The notes under the pieces: model-generated | Databases searched by the model: none | What the model was told of the DNA's origin: nothing | Seen by the model: only the letters and a program-made list of their open reading frames with translations | Shown: positions 1 to 12,380 of the stretch, piece after piece | Layout of the letters: each line of letters begins with the position of its first letter | Position numbering within the stretch: the first letter of the stretch is position 1 | Program-made: the position numbers and the translations under genes | From: the human T2T-CHM13v2.0 reference genome, Homo sapiens | DNA: 64,000 nucleotides | Direction: 5' to 3' (one strand) | Assembly: GCF_009914755.1 (NCBI RefSeq) | Contig: NC_060931.1

Positions 1-444
1 TCAAAATAATGGAGAAGGGTTAGAGAAAATGCCTTGAATAGAAATGTTTCTTGGAGGAATTCAGCTTCCTGCCAAACATTTTTCAGTTCAAGTCAGTACC
101 AGATATAAATGTAGTGGGGAGGAAGTTGTTGTACCCTCTGCTAATGAACACATAATATGAGAGGGCAGGGAGTGGGAAGGGAAGAAAGGGCCTCTCATGT
201 AAACACAGGACGTTGAGAATGTCAAAGTCATCAGGCTAAATAGCTGTTTATACACTGATGTTAGCCTCAGGAATATGGACTAGTCTGCAAGAGTATCAGA
301 TTGTGTGTTGAATATCTGATGGTAAAGGCATTTTCAGTAGGGTCAATTTATCTCCTAATCCAGTGATTCTTTAAAAAGTGGAACATTGTGGTTCACATAA
401 ACAGACTTTGTAGTGCTAAGTAACTCTGAAGGTGGGAAGAAATA

Positions 445-446
<2 letters not shown>

Positions 447-478
<32 letters not shown>
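447..478. repeat. (GT)16 microsatellite
   Basis: Uninterrupted GT run seen directly. Confidence 0.95.
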
Positions 479-481
<3 letters not shown>

Positions 482-514
482 TAAGTTCATAGCGCCCTTA
501 GAGATTGTGATACA

Positions 515-915
515 TGTCAGGCCTCTGAGCCCAAGCTAAGTTATCATATCCCTTGTGACCTGCACATACACATCCAGATGGCCGGTTCCTGCCTTAACTG
601 ATGACATTCCACCACAAAAGAAGTGAAAATGGCCTGTTCCTGCCTTAACTGATGACATTGTCTTGTGAAATTCCTTCTCCTGGCTCAAAAGCTCCCCTAC
701 TGAGCACCTTGTGACCCCCACTCCTGCCTGCCAGAGAACCCCCCTTTGACTGTAATTTTCCTTTACCTACCCAAATCTTATAAAATGGCCCCACCCCTAT
801 CTCTCTTCACTGACTCTCTTTTCGGACTCAGCCCACCTGCACCCAGGTGAAATAAACAGCCATGTTGCTCACACAAAGCCTGTTTGGTGGTCTCTTCACA
901 CAGACACGCATGAAA
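515..915 (+). mobile_element. HERV-H 5' LTR (LTR7)
   Basis: Starts TGTCAGGCCTCTGAG, ends CATGAAA; two copies of GTTCCTGCCTTAACTGATGACATT; TATAAAA 779-785; AATAAA 851-856. Confidence 0.96.
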
Positions 916-917
916 TT

Positions 918-935
918 TGGTGCCGTGACTCAGAT
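918..935 (+). other. tRNA-His primer binding site
   Basis: TGGTGCCGTGACTCAGAT is a 17/18 match to the complement of the tRNA-His 3' end (CGG>CAG change). Confidence 0.93.
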
Positions 936-1057
936 CGGGGGACCTCCCTTGGGAGATCAACCCCTGTCCTCCTGTTCTTTGCTCCGTGAAAAAGATCCAC
1001 CTACAACCTCAGGTCCTCAGACCCACCAGCCCAAGGAACATCTCACCAATTTTAAAT

Positions 1058-1190
1058 CCGGTAAGCAGCCTCTTTTTACTCTCTTCTCCAACCTCCCTCA
1101 CTATCCCTCAACCTCTTTCTCCTTTCAATCTTGGCGCCACACTTCAATCTCTCTCTTCTGTTAATTTCAATTCCTTTCATTTTCTGGTAG
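1058..1190 (+). promoter_or_regulatory. HERV-H leader major splice donor and nearby acceptor
   Basis: CCG|GTAAGC at 1060/1061; pyrimidine tract ending TTTCTGGTAG at 1190. Confidence 0.7.
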
Positions 1191-1386
1191 AGACAAAGGA
1201 GACAAGTTTTATCCGTGGACCCAAAACTCCGGCACCAGTCATGAACTAGGGAAGGCAACCTTCCCTTGGTGTTTAATCATTGCAGGGATGCCTCTCTGAT
1301 TATTCAGCCAGGTTTCAGAGGCATCAGACCACGCAGAGACGCTTGCCTTAGCGGCAAGTCCCGCTTTTCTAGGGAAGGGGCAAGTA

Positions 1387-1556
1387 CCCCAACCCCTTAT
1401 ATATCTCTCTGCCCCGATCCCTTATTTCCATGCCCCAACCTCTTACATCTCTATGCCCCAATCCCTTATTTCCGTGCCCCAACTTCTTATATCTCTGCAC
1501 CCCAATCCCTTATTTCCACACCCCAACCTCATATCTCTGTGCCCCGACCCCTTTCC
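1387..1556 (+). repeat. ~44-bp degenerate tandem repeat (about 3.7 copies) in the HERV-H leader
   Basis: Units of CCCCAACCTCTTAYATCTCT..CCCCAATCCCTTATTTCC start at 1387, 1433, 1477, 1521. Confidence 0.85.
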
Positions 1557-1639
1557 TGCTTTTCTGGAGGGTAAGGACCCCTGAACCCCTTGCCTCCATG
1601 TCTCTACTCTCTCTTTTCTCTGGGCTTGCCTCCTTCACT

Positions 1640-2851
1640 ATGGGCAAACTTCCACCCTCCATTCCTCCTTCTTCTCCCTTAGCCTGTGTTCTTAAGAACT
1701 TAAAACCTCTTCAACTCTCACCTGACCTAAAATCTAAGCATCTTATTTTCTTCTGAAATGCCGCTTGACCCCAATACAAACTCAACAGTAGTTCCAAATA
1801 GCCAGAAAATGGCACTTTCAATTTTCCATCCTACAAGATCTAAATAATTCTTGTCATAAAATGGGCAAATGGTCTGAGTTGCCTGATGTCCAGGCATTCT
1901 TTTACACATCAGTCCCTCTCTAGTCTCTGTTTCCAATGTGACTCCTCCCAAATCCTCCTTCTTCCCTCCCGCCTGTCCCCTCAGTCCCAACCCCAAGCAT
2001 CTCTGAGTCTTTCCAGTCTTACTTTTCTACAGACCCATCTGACCTTTCCCCTCCTCCTCAGGCTGCTCATCACCAGGCCGAGCTAAGTCCCAATTCTTCC
2101 TCAGCCTCTGCTCCTCCACCCTATAATCTTTTTATCACATCCCCTCCTCACACCTGGTCCGGTTTACAGTTTCATTCCGTGAGTAGCCCTCCCCCACCTG
2201 CCCAGCAATTTCCTCTTAAAAATGTGGCTGAAGCTAAAGGCATAGTCAAGGTTAATGCTCCTTTTTCTTTATCTGACCTCTCCCAGATCAGTTAGCATTT
2301 AGACTCTTTTTCATCAAATATAAAAAACCCAGCCCAGTTCATGGCTCCTTCGGCAGCAACTCTGAGACGCTTTACAGCCCTAGACCCTAAAAGGTCAAAA
2401 GGCCGTCTTATTCTCAATATACATTTTATTACCCAATCTGCTCCCAACATTAAATAAAACTCCAAAAATTAAATTCCGGCCCTCAAACCCCACAACAGGA
2501 TTTAATTAACCTCGCCTTCAAGGTGTAAAATAATAGAAAAAAGTTGCAATTCCTTGCCTCCACTGTGAGACAAACCCAGCCACAACTCCAGCACACAAGA
2601 ACTTCCAAATGCCTGAACCGCAGTGGCCAGGCGTTCCTCCAGAATCTCCTCCCCCAGGAGCTTGCTACAAGTGCCAGAAATCTGGCCACCAGGCCAAGGA
2701 ATGCCTGCAGCCCAGGATTCCTCCTAAGCCGCGTCCCATCTGTGCGGGACCCCACTGGAAATCGGACTTTTCAACTCACCTGGCAGCCACTCCCAGAGCC
2801 CCTGGAATTCTGGCCCAAGGCTCTCTGACTCCTTCCCAGATCTTGGCTTAG
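1640..2851 (+). pseudogene. HERV-H gag remnant
   Basis: ATG-G start MGKLPPSIPPSSPLAC, stop at 1754-1756; first zinc knuckle CYKCQKSGHQAKEC intact, second degraded (RPICAGPHWKSDF). Confidence 0.88.
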
Positions 2852-2931
2852 CGGCTGAAGACTGACGCTGCCCGATCACCTCGGAAGCCCCCTAGACCAT
2901 CACAGACGCCGAGCTTCGGGTAACTCTCACA

Positions 2932-3190
2932 GTGGAGGGTAAGTCCGTCCCCTTCTTAATCAATACCGAGGCTACTCACTCCACATTACCTTATTTTCAA
3001 GGGCCTGTTTCCCTTGCCTCCATAACTGTTGTGGGTATTGACAGCCAGGCTTCTAAACCTCTTAAAACTCCCCAACTCTGGTGCCAACTTAGACAGTACT
3101 CTTTTAAGCACTCCTTTTAGTTATCCCCACCTGCCCAGTTCCTTACTAGGACGAGACACTTAAACTAAATTATCTGCTTCCCTGACTATT
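2932..3190 (+). pseudogene. HERV-H protease remnant
   Basis: FLINTEATHS replaces the retroviral DTGA active-site motif; stop at 3118-3120. Confidence 0.8.
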
Positions 3191-3308
3191 CCTGGATTAC
3201 AGCTACATCTCATTGCTGCCCTTCTTCCCAATCCAAAGCCTCCTTTGCGTCCTCCTCTTGTATTCCCCCCACCTTAACCCACAAGTATAAGATACCTCTA
3301 CTCCCTCC

Positions 3309-5100
3309 TTGGCGACCAATCATGCACCCCTTACCATCTCATTAAAACCTAATCAGCTTTACCCCGCTCAATGCCAATATTCCATCCCACAGCATGCTTT
3401 GAAAGGATTAAAGCCTGTTATCACTCGCCTGCTACAGCATGGCCTTTTAAAGCCTATAAACTCTCCTTACAATTCCCCCATTTTACCTGTCCAAAAACCA
3501 GACAAGTCTTACAGATTAGTTCAGGATCTGCGCCCTATCAACCAAATTGTTTTGCCTATCCATCCTGTGGTGCCCAACCCGTACACTCTTTTGTCCTCAA
3601 TACCTTCCTCCACAACTCACTATTCCGTTCTCCATCTTAAAGATGCTTTTTTCACTATTCCCCTGCACCCCTCGTCCCAGCCTCTCTTTGCTTTCACTTA
3701 GACTGACCTGACACCCATTAGGCTCAGCAAATTACCTGGGCTGTACTGCCGCAAGGCTTCACAGACAGCCCCCATTACTTCAGTCAAGCCCAAATTTCAT
3801 CCTCATCTGTTACCTATCTCGGCATAATTCTCATAAAAACACACGTGCTTTCCCTGCTGATCATGTCCGATTAATCTCCCAAACCTCAATCCCTTACAAA
3901 ACAACAACTCCTTTCCTTCCTAGGCATGGTTAGTGCGGTCAGAATTCTTACACAAGAGCCAGGACTGCACCCTGTAGCCTTTCTCTCCAAACAACTTGAC
4001 CTTACTGTTTTAGCCTAGCCCTCATGTCTGCAAGCAGCGGCTGCTGCTGCTTTAATACTTTTAGAGGCCCTAAAAATCACAAACTATGCTCAACTCACTC
4101 CCTACATTTCTCATAACTTCCAAAATCTATTCTCTTCCTCTTACCTGACGCATATACTTTCTGATCCCCGGCTCCTTCAGCTGTACTCACTCTTTGTTAA
4201 GTCCCACAATTACCATTGTTCCTGGCCCAGACTTCAATCCAGCCTCCCACATTATTCCTGATACCACACCTGACCCCCATGACTGTCTCTCTGATCCACC
4301 TGACATTCACCCCATTTCCCCATATTTCCTTCTTTCCTGTTCCTAACCCTGATCATGCTTGATTTATTGATGGCGGTTCCACTAGGCCTAATCGCCACAC
4401 ACCAGCAAAGGCAGGCTATGCTATAGTACAAGCCACTAGCCCGCCTCTTAGAACCTCTCATTTCCTTTCCATCGTGGAAATCTATCCTCAAGGAAATAAC
4501 TTCTCAGTGTTCCATCTGCTATTCTACTACTCCTCAGGGATTATTCAGGCCCCCTCCCTTCCCTACACATCAAGCTCGAGGATTTGCCCCCACCCAGGAC
4601 TGGCAAATTAGCTTTACTCAACATGCCCTGAGTCAGATAAGTAAAATACCTCTTAGTCTAGGTAGACACTTTCACTGGATAGGTAGAGGCCTTTCCTACA
4701 GGGTCTGAGAAGGCCACCGCAGTCATTTCTTCCCTTCTGTCAGACATAATTCCTCAGTTTAGCCTTCCCACCTCTATACAGTCTGATAACAGACCAGCCT
4801 TTATTAGTCAAATCAGCCAAGCAGTGTTTCAGGCTCTTAGTATTCAGTGAAACCTTTATATCCCTTACGGTCCTCCGTCTTCAAGAAAAGTAGAATGGAC
4901 TAAAGGTCTTTTAAAAACACACCTCACCAAGCTCAGCCACCAACTTAAAAAGGACTGGACAATACTTTTACCACTTTCCCTTCTCAGAAGTCAGACCTGT
5001 CCTCAGAATGCTACAAGGTACAGCCCATTTAAGCTCCTGTATAGATGCTCCTTTTTATTAGGCCCCAGTCTCATTCCAGACACCAGACCAACTTAGACTG
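3309..5100 (+). pseudogene. HERV-H pol remnant (RT, RNase H, IN fragments with deletions)
   Basis: PYNSPILPVQKPDKSYRLVQDLR, LHLKDAFF (catalytic D>H), LPQGF; no YxDD seen after LPQGF; many stops. Confidence 0.88.
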
Positions 5101-5670
5101 TGCCCCAAAAAAATTGTCATCCCTACTATCTTCTGTCTAGTCATACTCCTATTCACCATTCTCAACTACTCATACATGCCCTGCTCTTATTTACATTGCC
5201 AGTTTACACTGTTTCTCCAAGCCATCACAGCTGATATCTCCTGGTGCTATCCCCAAACTGCCACTCTTAACTCTTAAAGTAAATAAATAATCTTTGCTGG
5301 CAGGACTATGCTGAATCTCCTTAGGCACTCTCTAATCAGATGTCCTGAGTCGTCCCAATTCTTAGACCTTTTATACCTGTTTTTCTCCTTCTGTTATTCC
5401 ATTTAGTTTTTCAATTCATACAAAACTGTATCCAGGCCATCACCAATAATTCTACAGGACAAATGTTTCTTCTAACAACCCCACAATATCACCCCTTACC
5501 ACAAAATCTTCCTTCAGCTTAATCTCTCCCACTCTAGGTTCCCACGCTGCCCCTAATCCCGCTCGAAGCAGCCCTGAGAAACATTGCCCATTATCTCTCC
5601 ATACCACCCCCAAAAATTTTCACAGTCCCAACACTTCACCACTATTTCATTTTATTTTTCTTATTAATAT

Positions 5671-5683
5671 AAGAAGACAGGAA
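5671..5683 (+). other. Polypurine tract
   Basis: AAGAAGACAGGAA immediately before the 3' LTR. Confidence 0.8.
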
Positions 5684-6095
5684 AGTCAGGCCTCTGAGCC
5701 AAAGCTAAGCCATCATATCCCCTGTGACCTGCACGTACACATCCAGATGGCCAGTTCCTGCCTTAACTGATGACATTCCACCACAAAAGAAGTGAAAATG
5801 GCCTGTTCCTGCCTTAACTGATGACATTGTCTTGTGAAATTCCTTCTCCTGGCTCATCCTGGCTCAAAAGCTCCCCCACTGAGCACCTTGTGACTCCCAC
5901 TCCTGCCTGCCAGAGAACAACTCCCCTTTGACTGTAATTTTCCTTTACCTACCCAAATCTTATAAAATGGCCCCACCCCATCTCTCTTTGCTGACTCTCT
6001 TTTCGGACTCAGCCCGCCTGCACCCAGGTGAAATAAACAGCCATGTTGCTCACACAAACCTGTTTGGTGGTCTCTTCACATGGACGTGCATGAAA
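5684..6095 (+). mobile_element. HERV-H 3' LTR (LTR7)
   Basis: Direct repeat of 515-915; first base A instead of T; AATAAA 6032-6037; ends CATGAAA followed by the TSD. Confidence 0.96.
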
Positions 6096-6737
6096 ATACA
6101 TAATAATAAAATTATTAATAATAAAATGTAGTAATAATGGCTAATACTCATTAGTGCTTATTCTATGAAGACACAATTTCGTGTATGCATTAATTCACTT
6201 AAATTCAATATTAATGGGTCCCCAGTACTATCAAACATGAGAGGATATCCATATAATTATAAAATAGTCACATGGTGTTAGAAGTTCTAAGGAATTATGA
6301 AAGGCTAGAATGAATAAAGGATAGACTGGGGTTTTTTGTTGTTTTTTTTGTTTGTTTTTTTAGAACATATAGGGCAATGTTTCTCTAAGTCAAGTCAAGT
6401 CCCTAACAGAACAACCTGGGTGCTTAGTCCACCATAGACTTAATCAAAATTTCATCCAATGGCTCAGATTTAACCTTGAGAAGAGTTAGTCCTTCAAGCA
6501 GATAAATCATGGTCCCAGGATTTTTCACAAGAATCAGGGAATTTCTTGAGTGTTAAGCACTCACTAAATGTGAAAGAAATACCACTGTATGGAAAAGGTC
6601 TGCAAGATTTAGAGGTAAAAGATTAGAATATGATTACCTCCATATCAGTAACTTAGACACGGAGATTACCATTATCATTAATATGATGCTCAAGACTTTC
6701 TAATCCCATTAAAGAAAACTGGACAGAATGCAAAGTG

Positions 6738-7196
<459 letters not shown>

Positions 7197-7607
7197 GAGC
7201 AAAGTGACCATAACACATTAGACAAAATATCTGTTTCATAAAGCTCATCAAGTAATACTATAACCTAATATTCGGAGTTGTAATCAATATATATGTGAAG
7301 GAAATGTGAGTGCAAGAAATAGGCCACAAAATAAAATGTTTAATTCAGCATCTGTATTAGAAACTGTTAAATGATACAGTGTGCTAAACTATATAAACAT
7401 GAGTTTATATTTCCAGATGCTTGTTAGCATCTCTACGTGCAATAGACATCTCAAATCCAAAAAGTGAGTACCTGGTCTTGCCCCCAAAACCTGTTTTCTC
7501 TGTTATCTTCCCAATATCTACTGAAAACAACTCCTCTCTTCCAGTCTTTTAAACTAAAAGTTTGGGCTCAGCCTGAACCTCTCTTTTCTCATACCCTCAA
7601 TACAATC

Positions 7608-8308
7608 TGATATCATTTGGATATTTGTCCCCTCCAAATCTCAAGTTGAAATGTGATCCCCACTGTTGAAGGTGGGGCTTAGTGGAAGGTGTTTGGATCA
7701 TGGAAGTGGATCCCTCATGAATATCTTGGTTCCCTCGCTGAGGTAATGAGTGACTTCTTACTCTATTAGTTTACATGACAGCCAGTAGTCTAAAAGAGCC
7801 TGGCATCTCTCTCTGCTCTCTTACCATAAGACACACTGGCTCTACTTTCCTTCTGCCATAAGTAAAAGTTTCCTGAGGCCTCACCAAAAGTTGAGCAGAT
7901 GCTGGTGCTATGTTTCTTCTACAGTCTGCAGAACCTCGAGCCAAATAAACCTCTTTTCTTTATAAATTACCCAGCCTTGTGGATCACCTGAGGTTAGGAG
8001 ATCGAGACCAGTCTCGCCAATGTGGTGAAACCCCATCTCTACTAAAAATACAAAAAAATGAGCCAGGTGTGGTGGCATGCACCTGTAATCCCAGCTATTC
8101 ACGAGGCTGAGGCAGGAAAATCACTTGAACCTGGGAGACAGAGGTTGCAGTGAGCTGAGATCGTGCCATTCATTGCACTCTAGACTGGGTGACAAGAGCA
8201 AAACTCCGTCTCAAAGAAAAAAAATATATATATATATATTTATACATATATATATATATTACCCAGCCTCAGGTGTTCCCTTACAGCAATGCAAAATGAA
8301 CGAATACA
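7608..8308 (+). mobile_element. MaLR solo LTR (MSTB-like)
   Basis: TGATATCATTTGGATATTTGTCCCCTCCAAATCTC...AATACA; 5-bp TSD CAATC (7603-7607, 8309-8313). Confidence 0.85.
7978..8257 (+). mobile_element. 5'-truncated AluS with (TA)n-converted tail, nested in the MST
   Basis: Starts at GGATCACCTGAGG; TSD ATTACCCAGCCT (7966-7977, 8258-8269). Confidence 0.9.
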
Positions 8309-8679
8309 CAATCCATCAACAAATCCTGTCTGGGCATCAACAAATATGCCCAGAATCCAGAATCCATGTCTCCTCACCTCTGCTTTGCCATCCTAATTCA
8401 CCTAATTCATCTCTTCTGGATCACAACAATAACCTCTAGCTGGTCTCTGCATTCATCCATGCCACCTGTAGTCTAAATCTCAACATGGCAGCCAGAATGA
8501 TTCTGCAATAACTTAGGTTAAGCCAGACCACTTCTCTAACATTTTTTAAAGACTTATTTTTTTTTTTTTAGCAATTTTAAGTTCACAGCAAATTTGGGAG
8601 GAAGGTACATAGATTTTTTATATATTTCCAAAACCCCATGATGCACATCTTTTCTTTCTATAAAGGCAAGTTTCTGACT

Positions 8680-10425
8680 TACATTATTTTTCTTCTCTTT
8701 AAATAACTTTTTACATTTCTTGCAAGGCAGGTCTACTGGCAACAGATACCCTCAATTTTTATTTGTTTGAGAAAGTATTTATCCTTCGCTTTTGAAAAAG
8801 AATTTCACAGGATACAGAATCCTAGGCTGTTTTTCTTTTCTCTCAATGCTTCAAATATTTCACTTCCCTCTCTTCTCGCTTGCGTGATTTCTGAGATGTC
8901 AGATACAAATCTTATCTTTGTTCCTCTATAGGGAAAGATTATTTTCCCCCTTCTGGCTTCTTTTAGGATTTTTTTTCTTTAACTTAGAATTTTTTTTTTT
9001 TTTTTTTGTAGTTTGGAAAGGACATGTGTAGGTGCAGTTTTTGTTTGTTTGTTTTTAACATTTATTCTACTTGTTCTCTGAGCTACCTGGATCAGTAGTT
9101 TGGTGTCTGACTTTAATTTGAGGAAATTCTCAGTCATTATTGTTTCAAATATTTTTTTCTGTTTTTCTTTTCCTTCTAGTATTCTAGTATTCCCGTTACT
9201 TGTATGTTACATTTTTTTGTAATTGTCCCACAGTTCTTGGATATTCTGTTCTGGGTTTTGTTTGTTTTGTTTTGTTTTGTTTGTCTTTGTTCTCTTTACT
9301 TTTCTCAATGGAAATTTCCATTGAGATATCCTCAAGCTCAGAGATTATATCTTCAGCTATGCCCAGTATACTAGTAAGCCCATCAAAGTCATTCTTCCTT
9401 TCTGTTATACTGTTTTTGATCTCTAGCATTTCTTCTTAGTTCCTAGAATTTCCATCTCTTCATGTAAATTCCCCATCTGTTATTGCATGCTGTCGATTAC
9501 AGCCCTTAGCATATTAATCATAGTTGTTTTAAATTCCTGGTCTGATAATTCCAAGATCCCTGCCATGTCTAGTTCTGATGCTTGCTCTCTTTTCAAATTG
9601 CAACTTTTGCCTTGTAACTTTTTATTGAAAGCTAGACATGATGTATTAGGTGAAAGGAACTACTATAAATAGGCCTTTAGTAATGTTGTGATAAGATGAG
9701 GGGAACAGGAAGCATTCTGCAGTTTTTATAATTATGTCTGTCTTTTAGGAAGCGTATGTCTCTGGACTGTGACATTCACAAGTGTTCCTTGTTTGTTTGA
9801 TTGTTTTTCTCCTCCCTTGACTTGGAGGGGATGGCTAGAGTAGGCTTGAGTTGGGTATTTATCTTGTCTCATGTGGAAGAATAGAGCTGTTGCTTATTGC
9901 CTTTTTTCCCAGGTCAGTTACTCTGTGATAACACCCCCCAGGCTAGCCTCTGGTTAACTAACTTCTCCGGAGGGCAGATCTTGTTAAGAAGAATGGAGTG
10001 CTCTGGTATATCTCAAATGGTTACTTTTTCCCTCTTCCTGCTGGAAGCATAAAGAGATTTTTCTTCAGTATTTACTGTAAGAATCTGGGTAAGCTCCTGG
10101 AGGTAAATCTCACAAAATTGTCAAGTCCGCCTAGTGACTGGATCCCCTTGGACTTTTTAACTCAGAGTTGTCCACACTGAGCCTCCAGCAGTTTGTCAAT
10201 GACAGCTCAAGATTTCCTACCGGGATACAGGTTCCTGTGGTGGGTTCTGCTCATTTAGTCTCTGCTCTGGTATGTCGACTCCTTGGCTTCATTTGTCTCT
10301 CTAGTCTTCAGGGTAGCAGTTTGTCCTGTGTCCTCACTCTCTTCCAAATCCTAGAAGAGTTGTTAACTTTTTTGTCTGTTGGAATTCTTACTTGTTGTTA
10401 GGAAGAACTGGCAATATCTAAGCTC
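8680..10425 (-). mobile_element. Old L1 (L1M) 5' region/ORF1 fragment
   Basis: Minus-strand ORF MLEIKNSITERKNDFDGLTSILGIAEDIISELED resembles the L1 ORF1 coiled coil. Confidence 0.7.
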
Positions 10426-10907
10426 TTTACAAGGCTAAGAAAAGAAATAATAAGAATTAGAGTAAGAATCAATGAAATATAAAATAGAAAAACAACAGAA
10501 AAAAATTAAATCAATATTCCTTCTTTGGAAAGATTAACAAAATCGACAGATCTTTAACTAAGCTGACCAAAAGAAGGAGAGAGAAGAGACAGATTATTAA
10601 AATCAGGAATAAAACAAAGAACATCACTACCAACTTTGCAGAAATAAAAACAGTTGTAAAATCTATTAGTCAGAGTTATCCAGAGAAATAGAACCAATAG
10701 GACATATGGAGATATGCATCATAGGATTTATTATGGGAATTAGCCTGCATGATTATGGAGGCTGAGAAGTTCCACAATATGCTGTCTTCAAGCTGTAGAA
10801 CCAGGAAAGCTGGTGATGTGATTGGTCTGATTCTGAAAGCCTGAAAACCAGGAAAGCCTGTGGTGTAATTTCCAGTTCAAGGAATTCAGTCTTGTATTTA
10901 GACTGCC

Positions 10908-11550
10908 CTTAGAGGGCTGACTTGTGTCACTCAAAAAGGTATGTTGAAGCCCTAACCTTCAGTTCCTCAAAATTTGACCTTATTTGAAATAAGACATTGC
11001 AGATATATTAACTGAAATATTAATTAATTATTTAAAATATTAGTTAAGTTAGATGAGGTCATATTGGAAAGAATGGACTATTAAGCTGCCATGACTGGTG
11101 TTTTTATGAGAAGAGTCACACAGAGAGAAAATGGCCTTGTGAAGATGAGGGCAGATTTTGGCGTTATGAACGATCTTCTCCTAGAGCAGAGGTATCCAGG
11201 CTTTTAGCTTCCCTGGGCCACATTGGATGAAGAATTGTCTTGGGCCACACATAACACACACTAACACTAATGATAGCTGACGAGAAAAAAAGAATGCAAA
11301 AAACATCTCATAATGTTTTAAGAAAGTTTACAAATTTGTGTTGGGCCGCATTCAAAGCCGTCCTAGGCCGCATGCAGCCTGTGGGCCGTGGGTTGAACAA
11401 GCTGGTTCTAGAGGCTTAAGAGGGAGCACAGCCCTGCCAACACCTTGATTTTGGACTTCCAGTCTTCACAACTGTCAGAGAATAAATTCTTGTTGTTTTA
11501 AGCCACTCTGTTTGTGGTATTTTGTAACAATTGCCCTAAGAACGAGTATA
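10908..11550 (+). mobile_element. MLT1 (MaLR) LTR carrying a MER30
   Basis: GGGCTGACTTGTGTC...CCCTGCCAACACCTTGATTTTGGACTTCC...GTTTTAAGCCAC...TTTGTGGTATTTTGT. Confidence 0.75.
11187..11405 (+). mobile_element. MER30 hAT-Charlie MITE
   Basis: GCTTCCCTGGGCCACATTGG...GGGCCGCATTCAAAGCCGTCC; 8-bp TSD TCCTAGAG/TTCTAGAG. Confidence 0.88.
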
Positions 11551-11555
11551 TCCTC

Positions 11556-12048
11556 TGTGATGGTTAATTTTATGTGTCAACTTGACTGTGCTAAGGGATG
11601 CCCAGATAACTGTAAAACATTACTTCTGATTGTGTCTGTGAGGGTGTTTCCAGAAGAGATTAGCATTTGAATCAGAAGACTGAGTAAAGAACATCTGCCC
11701 TCACCAAAGTGGGCTAGCATCATCCAGTCCATGTGGACGATGGGTGATTTTGCTATCTTCCTAAGCTAAGATGCCACCCCTTGGCCTTGGACATCAGCAC
11801 TCCATATTCTCAGGCCTTTGGATTCTGGACTTACATCAATGGTCCTCTTCCACTCCCCACGCAGGTTCTCAGGCCTTCAGACTTAGACTGAATTACATGA
11901 CCAACTTCTCTGGTTTTTCAGCCTGCAGACAGCATAATATGGGACTTCTTATCCTCTATAATCATGCAACTTAATTTCCATAATAAATCCCCTACTATAT
12001 GCTTATATATGTGCTATTGGTTTTGCACTTCTGAAGGACCCTAACATA
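11556..12048 (+). mobile_element. Complete MLT2 LTR
   Basis: TGTGATGGTTAATTTTATGTGTCAACTTGAC...CTATTGGTT...CCCTAACATA. Confidence 0.82.
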
Positions 12049-12380
12049 TCTTATAACTTTTCATTTCTGCAGGGTTGGTAGTAACGTTTCCACTTTCATT
12101 CCTGATTTTGAAAATTTGTGTCTTCTCTATTTTCCTTGTGAAAGTCTAGTAAAACATTTGCCAATTTTGTTCATCTTTTCAAAGAAGCAAACTAATTTCA
12201 TTTTTTTTCCTCCTGTCTTATATTTTATTGATGTTTACTCTAATCTTTATTACTTTCTTTCTTGGCTTTGCTTTGGATTTAGCTTCCTCATCATTTTCTA
12301 GTTTCTTAAGGTATAATCTTACGTTATTGCTTTGAAGATTTTCTTCTCTTCACAGAGAGGTGCTTAATGTCTAAGTGCTA
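12049..12380 (-). mobile_element. Inverted L1 ORF2 fragment homologous to 10433-10661
   Basis: Reverse complement aligns by eye with 10433-10661. Confidence 0.75.

Larger units (their letters stand above)
515..6095 (+). mobile_element. HERV-H provirus, ~5.6-kb internally deleted non-autonomous type
   Basis: Two LTR7 copies, tRNA-His PBS, gag/pro/pol remnants, PPT; perfect 5-bp TSD ATACA at 510-514 and 6096-6100. Confidence 0.97.
7420..8535 (+). mobile_element. L2 fragment interrupted by an MST LTR
   Basis: Degenerate L2 3'-region motifs (CAATC|CATCAACAAATCCTGT, GCAGCCAGAATGAT) either side of the MST. Confidence 0.6.

Noticed and set aside
862-1574. ORFs in the HERV-H leader resembling the ESRG-type frame (...RPTSPRNISP...ETKET...VFNHCRDASLI)
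   Set aside because: Generic HERV-H leader sequence; here the frame is broken by a frameshift near 960 and TAG at 1247-1249, so it is not evidence for a gene
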